From: Strigamia acuminata
Taxonomy: Eukaryota
Assembly (NCBI GenBank): GCA_949358305.1
Contig: OX442314.1
Span: 29,450,001-29,514,000 of the forward strand
Length of the DNA stretch: 64,000 nt
Direction: 5' to 3'
In this document: one piece after another, positions 46,629 through 57,874 of the stretch
How the letters are laid out: each line of letters begins with the position of its first letter
Numbering within the stretch: position 1 is the first letter of the stretch
Position numbers and translations under genes: made by a program
The notes under the pieces: model-generated
The model's input: only the letters and a program-made list of their open reading frames with translations
What the model was told of the DNA's origin: nothing
Database searches by the model: none

Positions 46629-49600
46629 ATGGCCGACGCGATTTCAGCGGGCTCGCTGAACAGAATAGAACTGCTCAGTGTCCGAAATTATTTTGTCTGG
46701 AGGTTCAAGGTTGGCGCACTACTGGAGGCGAAAGGTCTGACCAGTGCATTAACGGATGCGGAGCCGGAAAAACCGGTTGCAGGAGCGCCAGATTTTGATG
46801 ACAAGGACAAAATTCATAAGGCTTGGGCAAAGAACAACAGCGAAGCGGTAGGAATTCTCGCATTAACGATTTCGGACGAGGAAGCGACGACGTGCATGAG
46901 CATGACGAATGCTAAAGAAATGTGGGAACATTTGAAGACCCAACACGCCGCGCTGACCGTCGAAAAACAAGTTGATGCGGCCGCCCGACTGACCACACTC
47001 AAAATGCGTACAGACGAGTCAGTGGACCAATACGTAAATCGAGCGAGGTCCATCCAGGCCAAGGCAAAGGCCGTGGGACGCGACATACCAGATAGAGAGG
47101 TAATTTTATACGCCACTAAGGGACTTTTGCCGAAATACCACGCCACAGGGCGCGACTATCGTTCAAAACTTGATGCAAAAATTGAAGATTTGCGTGCAGG
47201 ACTCCTCACGGAGGAGCAGTGGGGACCTGCAATGAACGACAACACCAACGTGCCAAGTTCAATCGCGCTCAAAGCGCAGGTGGGCAGAAACTCGAGTGGA
47301 AAGAAACCGAAGGACGGGAATAAACGAACATGTTTTGAATGCGGCAAGGCGGGCCACATAGCCAAGGATTGCTGGGTGCGATTCCCCGAGAAACGACCCA
47401 AGCAGCAGAAGGAAGCGGCAAAAATCGCACAGGTGGAGTCGCCGCAACACGCGTACGTAGCTGTTCTCGAGGACGAAACGTACACAACGCCCGTTCATCA
47501 TGCGTTCGTTGTCGATTTGGGCGACGATCTTTCAACGAGATCCAAGTGGATTCTGGACTCCGGCGCTTCATCGCACATGTCGTGCCGCCGCGAATGGTTT
47601 GCAGACATGGAAGAATTTGAAGCCACGGTCACGACGGCGAAGAAAGGCACGGAGTTGTTGGCCAAAGGAAGAGGAGACATTATAATCGAATGTTGCTTAC
47701 CGGACGAGACAGTGAAGAAAATAACGCTTTTGCAAGTTTTATATGTTCCGGAGCTGAAAGGAAATCTACTCTCCATTCCCAAGCTAACCGCCAAGAAATG
47801 CAAGGTGGTATTTAACGACCAAATTGTTGACGTGCTTGACCCCAATGGCCGACTCGTGGCACAAGGCAAGAAGAGTGGTGACATGTTCTTTTTGGAAAAT
47901 AAAAAGGAACAAACGGTCGCCATGGCACAAGAAACGTCAACGACGACTGGAAAGGAGTTGTGGCACAAACGACTCTGTCATCTAAACGAGGAAACGCTTG
48001 ACCAGATGCGTGCGCGCGAAGCAGTTCACGGAATAAAATTCGGTGATGAAAAACTGTCCAAATGCAGTTCGTGCATTGAGGGGAAGCTGACGAGAGCGCC
48101 ACACAAACGAATAACAGGCAAGCAATCACAGAAAATTTTAGAATTAATACACGCTGACCTGGTGGGACCTTTTCAAGTTCCGTCGTTGTCGGGTTCGAGA
48201 TACGCGTTTGTTTTGACGGATGACTTCTCCAGGAAGAAATTCGTCTATTTCTTGAAGGAGAAATCGCAAACATTGGGTTTTTTCCAAACATTTAAATTGA
48301 TGATGGAAAAACAAACAGGCAACACGATTTGCAGACTACGCACGGACAATGGAGGCGAGTTCACCAGCAGAGAATTTGCCATTTTTTGTGAAGCGAATGG
48401 AATTGACCACGAGCTCACAGTCCCATTTAATCCGGCCAGCAACGGAATCGCCGAGCGGTCAAACCGGACGCTTGTTGAGACAGCGAGAACGTTATTGGCA
48501 CATTCGAAGCTGCCTTTACGTTTCTGGGCAGAAGCGTTGGCGACAGCTGCATTCGTCAAAAATCGGACGACCACTAAACCCAACGGTCAGTTAGTTCCTG
48601 AAGAGATTTGGACGGGGCGGAAGCCCACCGTCACTTTTCTCCGTGTCTTTGGCTGCGTAGCGTGGCTACACATTCCAGACAGTCAGCGACGCAAGCTTGA
48701 CGTGAAGGCGCAACAAGGCGTTTTCATTGGCTACTCTGCCACGCGAAAGGCTTACAGGATTTTTGTCCCTGAGTTTGGAGACGTCGTGGAAGCACGATCG
48801 GTCGTTTTTGATGAAGCGTCAAACGGGGCAAAGATTCTCAACGCTCGTGGTTCGGACGGACACCGGGAAGAAATACTTCGCGAGTTAGACGAACCGGTCG
48901 ATGTTCGAGCGGATCCGCCTGCTCGCGAGGAGGAGGAGCAAGACGGGGATCCGGTGGTAGAACCACAAGCATTGCCAGATGTTGCAGAAGTGGAGCGAGC
49001 TGCAGGACGACCCCGAGGTGCGACTGCCGAAGCCGTCGCTTTGCGTCGCGAAGATGAAAGACGCGAACGCGAGCAACAATTGGTTGCGTCGGGCGTGCGT
49101 CGTTCTGAACGTGTGGCAGGGCGCGTCGAGATGGCGATTATCGCAGAAGAAGACACGCGCGAGTTGTACACGCCAGAGACGTATGGGGAGGCGATCAGCT
49201 GTCCTGATCGCGAAAAATGGATCGACGCCATGGAGAGCGAAATTGACTCTCTTCAAGTCAACCAGGTTTGGCGACTGGTCAAGCGACGGCCGGAGATGCG
49301 CACGATTCGCAGTAAATGGATCTACCGGATTAAATTAAATGTCGACAGGTCCATCAGCAAATACAAGGCGCGACTTGTGGCAGTCGGCTATGCCCAGCGC
49401 CCTGGCATCGACTTTAACGAGACATTCTCGCCAGTAGTCCGCACCGAGTCGTTACGCATAATTTTGTTTTTGGTGGCGACCTTGCGATTAAAAACCAAAC
49501 AGTTTGACGTCAAGACAGCTTATCTCCACGGAGATTTAGATGTCAAAATTTTCATGGATCAACCAGAGGGATTCTCGCAGAGTGACCAAGAAGTTTGCCT

Positions 49601-50732
49601 GCTTGAAAGAAGCCTTTATGGATTGCGCCAATCCGGGCGCTGCTGGAATAAGCGCCTGGATGACGAGCTCACAAGACTAGGACTTCAACCAACTGCAGAC
49701 GATGCGTGCGTCTATGTTTACGTGGAACGAGATGGAATTCTGATCCTCGCGGTGTACGTGGACGACATGCTAGCCGCCTTCTCGGACGAAAAGATTATGG
49801 AATGGCTGTTGGTGGAACTGAAAAAGGTCTTTGATCTCGTCGAATTAGGCGAAGTCCATTATTTGCTCGGAATGGAGATACAAATCACGGAGCAAGGCAT
49901 TTGGATTGGTCAGCAGAAATACGTGGACGAAATTCTGGACACACTCGACCTGCACGGTCGTGCAAAGGCCTGCACACCAATGGTGGTGGGTCAAGATCTT
50001 GACGTGTTCGGGGATTCATGCAACGTTGATCAACGAGCTTACCAGCGGATTTTGGGATCCATCATGCACCTGATGGTCATCACGAGACCAGACCTTTCGT
50101 TTGCTGTAAGCAAACTCTCGTCATATTCAAGGGACCCGCGGGAAATCCACTTTCGTGCGCTGAAGCGCGTATTGAGTTACGTGAGACGGACGCGAGACTT
50201 CAAGTTGTTTCTTCCCTCGACAAGCGGAAGCGTCACCGGCTACTCGGACGCGAGCTGGTGCTCCACGAAAACAGCACGATCGTTTTCAGGCGTCTTAATC
50301 AAGTTGGGGAACGCCCCGATATACTGGAAGACGAAAAAACAACAGCTGATAGCCATGTCCTCGTGCGAAAGCGAGATTCTCGCAATATGCGAACTCCTCA
50401 AAGGGTTGAAGTGGGTCCGGAGTATGCTGCACGGATTAGGACAGGGAGCGCTTATTCCAAAAAGCATTCCCATCTACACAGACAGTACGGGAGCAATGGA
50501 CGTGGTGATTGGCGCAAATCAATTCGGCAGGACGAAACACATAAATCGTCATTTAATGTTTGTCCGTCAAGACGCTTATTTAGGTAACATCCACCTGGTC
50601 CACATGCCCTCGAACGTATTACCTGCAGATTTCCTCACGAAGGCCGTCCCGGCAGAAAAGATGATGATGAGTTGCAATGAAGTCGGGCTGAGAGAAAATG
50701 CAGAGCCAGAGAAAAAGATGAAGAAAAATTGA
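46629..50732 (+). CDS. Copia F intact gag-pol polyprotein (1367 aa)
   Basis: CFECGKAGHIAKDC, WILDSGASSHM, LWHKRLCH, HADLVGP, RTDNGGEF, YKARLVA, YVDDML, YSDASW, ADFLTK. Confidence 0.96.
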   Translation: MADAISAGSLNRIELLSVRNYFVWRFKVGALLEAKGLTSALTDAEPEKPVAGAPDFDDKDKIHKAWAKNNSEAVGILALTISDEEATTCMSMTNAKEMWEHLKTQHAALTVEKQVDAAARLTTLKMRTDESVDQYVNRARSIQAKAKAVGRDIPDREVILYATKGLLPKYHATGRDYRSKLDAKIEDLRAGLLTEEQWGPAMNDNTNVPSSIALKAQVGRNSSGKKPKDGNKRTCFECGKAGHIAKDCWVRFPEKRPKQQKEAAKIAQVESPQHAYVAVLEDETYTTPVHHAFVVDLGDDLSTRSKWILDSGASSHMSCRREWFADMEEFEATVTTAKKGTELLAKGRGDIIIECCLPDETVKKITLLQVLYVPELKGNLLSIPKLTAKKCKVVFNDQIVDVLDPNGRLVAQGKKSGDMFFLENKKEQTVAMAQETSTTTGKELWHKRLCHLNEETLDQMRAREAVHGIKFGDEKLSKCSSCIEGKLTRAPHKRITGKQSQKILELIHADLVGPFQVPSLSGSRYAFVLTDDFSRKKFVYFLKEKSQTLGFFQTFKLMMEKQTGNTICRLRTDNGGEFTSREFAIFCEANGIDHELTVPFNPASNGIAERSNRTLVETARTLLAHSKLPLRFWAEALATAAFVKNRTTTKPNGQLVPEEIWTGRKPTVTFLRVFGCVAWLHIPDSQRRKLDVKAQQGVFIGYSATRKAYRIFVPEFGDVVEARSVVFDEASNGAKILNARGSDGHREEILRELDEPVDVRADPPAREEEEQDGDPVVEPQALPDVAEVERAAGRPRGATAEAVALRREDERREREQQLVASGVRRSERVAGRVEMAIIAEEDTRELYTPETYGEAISCPDREKWIDAMESEIDSLQVNQVWRLVKRRPEMRTIRSKWIYRIKLNVDRSISKYKARLVAVGYAQRPGIDFNETFSPVVRTESLRIILFLVATLRLKTKQFDVKTAYLHGDLDVKIFMDQPEGFSQSDQEVCLLERSLYGLRQSGRCWNKRLDDELTRLGLQPTADDACVYVYVERDGILILAVYVDDMLAAFSDEKIMEWLLVELKKVFDLVELGEVHYLLGMEIQITEQGIWIGQQKYVDEILDTLDLHGRAKACTPMVVGQDLDVFGDSCNVDQRAYQRILGSIMHLMVITRPDLSFAVSKLSSYSRDPREIHFRALKRVLSYVRRTRDFKLFLPSTSGSVTGYSDASWCSTKTARSFSGVLIKLGNAPIYWKTKKQQLIAMSSCESEILAICELLKGLKWVRSMLHGLGQGALIPKSIPIYTDSTGAMDVVIGANQFGRTKHINRHLMFVRQDAYLGNIHLVHMPSNVLPADFLTKAVPAEKMMMSCNEVGLRENAEPEKKMKKN

Positions 50733-51375
50733 AAGACGATTGAAGATTTTATTGTATTTTGTTTTTCAAATGTTATGTTAGTTATTAAGTTACATTCATT
50801 TTTTGTCATGACAAGCGAGTATAATCTAATGGAGGATTTGTTGTATTGTAATAATTAGATTTTACGCGCAATTGTCGTTTCTGTTGCTACGGCTACCAAT
50901 CTGTATTGGTAACGTGCACTTGTTGTAAAACTCGCACTTGTTCGCAAACATTTGACAAGTAAAGTTGCTTTTTCACTTTCTTTTCACTCCACTCGAAAAC
51001 GTCTCTTTTTACTACACATTTCACAGCTAGAATTTACACCAAATTGCAAGACAATTTATAAGATTTCCAGGATTTCACGAGATTTGAAAGATTTCGAAGA
51101 TTTCAGGGATTTGCTAAGAATTTCAAGGATTTCTAAGGATTTCCGGATTTCACAAAGATTTCTCAGGATTTCACAAGGGTTTCACAAGGGTTTCTCAGAA
51201 TTTCATGTCGGTTTCTTAAAATATTTTGCTAGAATTTGCGACAATTTGCAAGAAAATTAAAAGATTTCCAGGATTTCTAGGATTTCCAGGATTTCATGAA
51301 ATTTCAAGGATTTAGAAATCCAAAATCTTTGCCTGTACGAGATTTCCAGCATTGGCTACCCCCTCGGGTCTTTGG

Positions 51376-51495
51376 GAGTGTTTGCGGGGGTGATGGCGGA
51401 TGCTTGAGGGGGTAATGGCGGGTGCTTGCGGGGGTGATGGCGGGTGCATGCGGGGGTGATGGCGGGTGTTTGCGGGGGTGTTGGTGGGTGATGGC
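51376..51495. repeat. GT-rich minisatellite (about 21-bp unit GGTGATGGCGGGTGTTTGCGG)
   Basis: Visible tandem units near the first Helitron-like 3' end. Confidence 0.85.
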
Positions 51496-52220
51496 TGCAT
51501 TGGCGTTTGGTTTGTTGGGTATGATTTTGGTTGGGTTTGGTTTGAATTAAATTTTTGTTGGATTTTGGTTTGGGTTTTCCATTATTTTGCAAAATTGTAT
51601 TTTTATTTTATTTATATTTTGCTGTATATATGTATATTGTGTTTGATTTATGGCAAAAATTGATCTATGGTGTACGGGTGAACGGCGGGTGAACAGCTAG
51701 CGATTCGGGCGATTATAGCGGGGATCGAATGGAGAAATTTGAAAATGTTCGTCCCGGTGTGTTTTTTTATGTTTTCTGTATTGAAATGAGGTCGAATAAT
51801 TCTGAAACCAAGCTCATTGGAAAGATAATCAAAATCTGCACAAGTCTGTATTTTTTAAAATTTGAATTGGTTGAGAAAACATACCGATTCGGACGATCTT
51901 AGCGGGCGACATAATGAGGAATTTGGTGTAAAATTTGGATTCGACCATGAAAAACCTAAAATTTGAAGAAAGAACCGATTGGAATGTTTAAATAAAGTTT
52001 CCAGTGTGAAAAATCCAGCTGAAAACGATGGTGTCAATAACTTTTTGATTGGAATTATGATTGGGCTTTTAATTTGCAAAAATGATCTTTTTTGTACAGT
52101 TTTGAACAAATTGTAGCCACGGTCGTTGGAAATATTAAATATTTTAAAAATCTGAGTTGATAGTCAGATTCTCAGAGTGTGTTTATGCTTTCTACCCAAA
52201 CTGTCATTACAATTATTCAA

Positions 52221-52412
52221 GATGGCGGGTGTTTGTGGGCGTTTGTGGGGTGATGGCGGGTGATGGCGGGTGTTTGTGGGGTGATGGAGGATGTTTGCGG
52301 GTGTTTGTGGGGTGATGGAGGGTGTTTGCGGGTGTTTGTGGGGTGATGGCGGGTGTTTGCGGGTGTTTGTGGGGTGATCCGGTGATGGCGGGTGTTTGCG
52401 GGGGTGTTGGTG
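52221..52412. repeat. Same GT-rich minisatellite family, second block
   Basis: Tandem GGTGATGGCGGGTGTTTG(C/T)GG units near the final CTAG. Confidence 0.85.
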
Positions 52413-52493
52413 ATCGCTGCATTGACGTTTGGTTTTGTTGGGTTTGATTTTGGTTTGGTTTGGTTTGCGGGTGAACGGCGGGTGAACAGCTAG

Positions 52494-52510
52494 TCCCATA
52501 TGCTGTTCTC
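52494..52510 (+). pseudogene. 5S rRNA gene, displaced 3' end followed by a T-rich terminator
   Basis: TCCCATATGCTGTTCTC against TCCCAGATGCTGTTCTC in the intact copy, then AAATTTATTTTTT. Confidence 0.85.
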
Positions 52511-52594
52511 AAATTTATTTTTTATTTTTTTAATGAGATGATTCTTTATTCCATTTTTTTAAAATGTATTTTTGCCATTTTAGTATGAAAAAAA

Positions 52595-52692
52595 ATAAGT
52601 AAAACAAATAAAATGAATAAAAAAGAATAAGTAAAACAAATAAAATGAATAAAAAAGAATAAGTAAAACAAATAAAATGAATAAAAAAGAAT
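52595..52692. repeat. 32-bp A-rich tandem repeat, about 3 copies, between the 5S genes
   Basis: AATAAGTAAAACAAATAAAATGAATAAAAAAG units. Confidence 0.8.
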
Positions 52693-52724
52693 AAAAAAAT
52701 AAAAAAAATAATAAAAAAAAAAAA

Positions 52725-52844
52725 TTGAGAACAGCATCTGGGATTCCCAGGCGGTCACCCATCCAAGTACTAACCAGACCCGATGCTGCTTAACTTCGGG
52801 GATCGGACGAGAACCGGTGTTTTCAGCGTGGTATGGCCGTTCTC
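52725..52844 (-). rRNA. Intact 5S rRNA gene
   Basis: GAGAACGGCCATACC...GATGCTGTTCTC with paired helix I, box A (AGTTAAGC) and box C (TGGATGGGTG), an oligo-T terminator and an upstream TATA. Confidence 0.95.
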
Positions 52845-53597
52845 AGTCTTTTTCTGTTTATAAAAGCTTATATAAAGTTAATTTTTCAATATCGAGAAAT
52901 TGTATTTTTATGACAAGTATAATAATAATAATAATTTTTGTTTTGCATTAGCGCACAAGCTGACAAAACAAATACTTGTTAGATGCATGACCAAATCACA
53001 AACGGTACTTTACTTCTAGTTCATTTGTAAAGTATTGCTGTTTTCCAGTTCATTTGTAAATTACTCCCAATCTCCACTTCATGTATAAATGACTTCTGAT
53101 TCCAGTTCAATTGTTGAGATGTTGATTTAAAAAAATCAATGAGTACATTATCAAACACGAACCGACGAGAATCCAAATCTTTCTTTTCATCTCATATTTC
53201 CTATTTCTTTATTCCTCATCACCGCAAAAAGCCACCACCCAACCAAACTTGAAAGCCGATAGTAACAAACTGGGCAACTTTATCCTCTTGTCGCCAGAAA
53301 AGACAACCGATCCTCACTTGGCGAGAGACAGCAGTTGGCGCCCTCTATCAACACGAATCCCAGACAGAATTGATGAGTTGAGTTCATTACCATCAAACGA
53401 GGCCATCAAAGTGGTTGAGTCATCCAGCTTCACTTCGCTCGAATCACTGAACGTTTCAAGCGTTGCCCAGCATCTCACACCGGGGTTCCAAGTTCTAAAG
53501 ATGGCGAACGACATGTAGCTTACAAAACGTCAAGTAATAACCTTATAACTATAGTATAAATTACTATTACTAACTTACTTTTTCTGAAACAAGCGTC

Positions 53598-54967
53598 ATG
53601 GGTCAGTTGCTTCAGCCGCAGCAGCCGCAGCTGCAACCGGAGCCACCCGCAGTTTCTGTTCACCAGAAAGGCGAGAGCAACACCTGCAGTGTAGGAAACA
53701 CGATCAACATACACGTCCAACACTTCAGTAAGTGCTTTCGGAGTTACCGAAGTATGTCATTTTACTTTTTTTTAATTCCAGATGCTTGCCAAAGCTTGAA
53801 TGGTTATCAATATTACTACGACAACACCATTGATTATGGCATTCTCAAGAGTTTAATACCCACGTTTGAAAAATTGAGGTAGTATTTGTGGTGTTTACTG
53901 TGTTTATGGCACGATTGAAAACGTTTTATTTTTATTTTTATTTTAGTGAATTTCGGTTCCAAATTAAAATTAAGTCTTATCGAGGAATCATTGACTTTGA
54001 CGTTCATCCCAAGGACACGATTCAGAGCGTCAAATTAAAACTGCAACTCCTCTACGGAATTCCACACAACAAACAAAAGCTCGTGTTTGGAGAAAATGTA
54101 TTGGAAGATGAAGACACACTGGAGGATCGGAGAGTGGAAAACGAGAGTCTGCTACGCATGGTTTACTCTTTGGATGAAAAAGAGACGGTTTTAATATGCC
54201 AACACGTCCTTGGGAGGACGTTTTGTCTCGGAGTCGAGCGAGAAACCACGATAAAAGAAGTGAAGATGAAGATCGAAGAAACCGAAGAGATTCCTGCGGA
54301 CAGACAACGCTTGTTTTTGGCGGACGGGCGAACACTGAAGAACGAATCCAAAATCGCCGACTGCAACATCGGTCAGAATGTTGTCAAAGTTGCTCTGACA
54401 TTATTAAAAGAAGATATGATAAATATCGTCGTGAAGACGTTGACTTCGAGGTATATAAACATCTTGATTGGGAAATACGAAACGGTGGAAGACTTGAAGC
54501 TTAAAATTGAAGTCAAGGAAGGAATTCCGCCCGATCAGCAGCGATTTATTTTTGGTGGTCAACAATTGGAGGATAATTTTACGTTGTCGCATTATTTTAT
54601 TGGAGAAAAAGCGTCGTTGCATTTGGTTTTGAGATTGAGTGGCGGGGATAGTACGGCAGTGATCATTCAAATTCGTACGTCGATTGGCGAAGTGTTTTCA
54701 ATTGGGTTTTGTCCTCTGAGTACGACGATAGGGAAGGTTAAACGCATTGTGGAAGAGACGAGAGGGTTTTTGGTCAGAGATCAAAAGCTTTATTTGAATG
54801 ATGGAGAACTGAGCGATGAAAATAGAGAATTACGAGATTATGGTGTCAGCGGAGCGGAGGATATCTGGATTGCTAAAACTTACGTATTTGATTTAATATT
54901 GATCTCTAAAGCTCCGAGCTCCAAGTCTTCGCACGAAGATGAATCTTTGAATCTATTTTATAAATAA
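53598..54967 (+). CDS. Multi-ubiquitin-like-domain gene 1: join(53598..53727,53782..53878,53947..54967), 415 aa, four UBL domains
   Basis: GT-AG introns keep the frame. UBL3 ([20 protein letters not shown]...[10 protein letters not shown]) is closest to ubiquitin. Confidence 0.8.
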
Positions 54968-55493
54968 TTTTTAGTTTTTTTCTTTTTAAAATTTTTTTAA
55001 CACGAAAAATGTGATTATTGTGTGAATAAAACTTGTGTATATTAATAATTAAATTCGCACATAGCCTCAAATTCTCAGAATGTACAGATAAGGAAATTAA
55101 ATTAATCGTGGTTTAAAGTGGGTTAAAAATGGCGACGGGAATTTCCAGTGTCAATAAATGCAACATGCTATTGGTGGATTGCTGTCGTCACCTTGCGGGA
55201 AAGTGTATTCGTCCAACAAACGGCATTTTCTATTCTGTGTTAAGGGTATGACAGGAAGTATAACCCTGAACTGTGTGGATTGGGAGATGGAAAAGTAATT
55301 ACAGCGTGTGGTTCGAACTCGAGGTAAATTAAGTCAAATACAATCATTATATGGTATTTATTGACCTATCCTTGAACTTAAATTAAAATTCTAGGGTGCA
55401 ATTGTGATTATGCTGAATTTTGAAACGATTTTTAAAAATATAGTTTGATCGAAGTCTATTTTTGAACGTATCGCAATTTTGAAGTCCGTTAAC

Positions 55494-56856
55494 ATGGAGC
55501 AGTTTCTAAAAGAAAACGAATTGGCTGAGATTTCTGTTCGACAGGTGGGACAAAACAATGTATGCACAACTGGAAATTCGGTAACAATACATTTTCAAAA
55601 CTTCAGTAAGCGCTAAAATCGAAAACAATGTCCGATGATTTTAATTGTTCATTTGAATGTTGTTTAATTTTCTTTTACAGGTCTTACACAATGTTTGGAA
55701 AAACCGTATTCTCATAGTAAGATTTCGCACAAAATTTTGTGATAAACTCTTATCATTCTTTCATTTTTTTTTTTTTTTTTTTTTTTTTTAGACAGTTCTA
55801 ATATCAATCCTGATGTTTTAAAAAGTTTAATACCAATATTTGAGAACTACAGGTGTGTAATATTACCAGACATTGCCACAGAAATTGATGATTTTTTATT
55901 GCAGGGTGGAAAGATTTGAAATAAAAATCAAAAGTCACGGAGGAATGATAAACCTTGATGTTCATCCAATGGATACAATCCAAAGCATCAAATTAAAACT
56001 ACAATTGGTGTATGGAATACTCTTCAACAAACAATATCTCATATTTGAAGAAAAAGTGCTGGAAGATGTCGAGAAATTACAAGACTGCAAACTCTCCGAC
56101 GCCAGTCTCCTACACATGGTCTACTCACTAGAAGAAACCGGAACCGTAGTATTTTTCAAACGTATACTCGGACGTCTGTTTTGTCTTCGATTTAACCAAG
56201 AAACCACAATCAGAGACGTAAAAGCAAAAATTGAGGAAACCGAAGAAATACCCGTCAAGAGACAACGCTTATTTCTTGACGATAGCACGACTTTGAGAGA
56301 CGAGTGCAGAATAGTTGATTATAATATCGGCAAAAAAATAGTGAAGATTGCCATTGCTGTGGAGGAAGATGAGATGAGGAAAGTTATGGTCAAGTCACTG
56401 ACTGGAAAAATGTTGTACTTGGTTGTTGGGCTTCACGACACGGTCGAGGATTTAAAATGTCAACTCGAAGCCAAGGACGGAGTTCCACGGGAAAGTGTGC
56501 GAATCATTGTCAACAGTAGGAGTTTGAAAGATGATTGCATGCTATGTACTTGTTTCGACACTAAAGTCACGATATTTCACCAATTCCGTAGACTGAAGGG
56601 AGGGGAAGAATTTACTCTTGATTTAGGCATCCGCACTGCGATTGGTGAAATCATTTCACTTGGTCCCGTACCTTTTAACTCTAGAATTCTTGCCGTTAAA
56701 CAACAGGTGTTTCAAGCAAGGGGATTGTCAGTTTGGAGTCAAAGACTCTTCATTGTGAATGAAGAACTGGACGATAATAAAGTGTTGAAGGACTATTTTA
56801 CTCCACGGAAAAATCATCCGCCGGTTGTTTTTGAGATTTTAATGATGATGATGTGA
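55494..56856 (+). CDS. Multi-UBL gene 2 (diverged paralogue): join(55494..55605,55681..55716,55792..55852,55905..56856), 386 aa
   Basis: Intron phases are compatible, LKSLIP(T/I)FE is shared with gene 1, and there are four UBL domains with RRLKGG after the third. Confidence 0.75.
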
Positions 56857-57874
56857 CATTTCTGTGTTGTGATTGCTAATTGGTAATTAAATGAATTAAA
56901 AGTTTCACAGCTTGTGTTTTTTAATATATCCAGGGTAGGGTTTCTGTTTTCCCACCTTTTTTTTTAACTCCCAGTTCCCGGTACCAAAATGGCTGGTACT
57001 CCCGGGACTAACAAAAGGTCAGGCAACAAAAATGGCCATCTAAATCAACTTATGTGACCATCTGGCCACCCACGGTGACCCACGTCACTCCAGACACTGC
57101 TCTCTGGCCCCTGGTCACCCCTCTTGTGAAGTAGACTGACCCAGTGGGGAAGGAGAGAGCTGATTGGTATGTGGGAAGAGAGAGTGAGTCGAGAGAGAGA
57201 GTTTGGACAGCACAGGGTGAAGACGTGTACTCTTGAGGTCCCTTAGCCAGCCTGGGCAGTGCAGTGCCCCAGTTGACTCTGCTCTTCTCCCATTCACCAC
57301 TGTGACGCTCAGTAGCAGGGAGATGATTAATGTGTCCTTCTGGTGGTTTTGTGGTGGTGAATATGTATTTGTGTGGAGGTCAAGAAATGGCTGTCATCGT
57401 GTTGGGTGAGGAACAACTAGAGTCTTTTATTACTCTTCTATACAAAGGGGGTCAAGTCACCCTGGGCGGTGAGTGCGTCACAAACATATGTCAAGAAATA
57501 AAATGAGAAAATTAAAGTGAGAACACTTTAATGACCCTGTTGCAGCCTCCATGAGCGGCTACATGGGCTATAGATAAGTAACCACAGCAGACTGTTCTAT
57601 GCCAACCGACCACGTCACTCATGGGCAAACCGTCCTGTGAGTGACGGGATGGTTGTAGGTGTGGTGTGCCCTTTGGCACCAGCATGGGTGATGGGTACTC
57701 CCAGTCCTAGACAACGGATTAAAGCCCAAAACCAACAATCCAGAGTCCCTGTCTCCATTATTACCTGAAGGTCCGATCCCACCCATGGCGATCAATCCCC
57801 AGATTGCCGTGAGAGAGATGCCCCGTCACACTTGTATTCATTTTTAACACCCCTAGACATTTGTACAGGCCAAA

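Larger units (their letters stand above)
45089..51025 (+). mobile_element. Copia element F with rearranged leader
   Basis: 187-bp LTRs 45089-45275 and 50839-51025 (no difference seen), 5-bp TSD GCTAG, and PBS TGGTAGCAGAG (tRNAi-Met 3' end) at 45278 and again at 46477. Confidence 0.96.
44123..52493 (+). mobile_element. Non-autonomous Helitron-like composite insertion in the 5S gene
   Basis: Starts TC, ends CTAG, and lies between A and T of GGGAA^TCCCA. A second copy of the 3' end (CGGGTGAACGGCGGGTGAACAGCTAG) ends at 51700. Internal blocks repeat (about 44250, 44440, 51735). No clear subterminal hairpin and no RepHel ORF. Confidence 0.7.

Noticed and set aside
51312..52762. Pro/His-rich and Phe-rich short ORFs
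   Set aside because: They are translations of minisatellites and A-rich repeats.
53249..53518. Short ORFs upstream of UBL gene 1 as a divergent gene
   Set aside because: No recognisable motif and no supportable downstream exons.
56930..57874. GC-richer block between UBL genes as a defined transposon
   Set aside because: Probably inserted DNA, but no TIR, TSD or coding motif was found.
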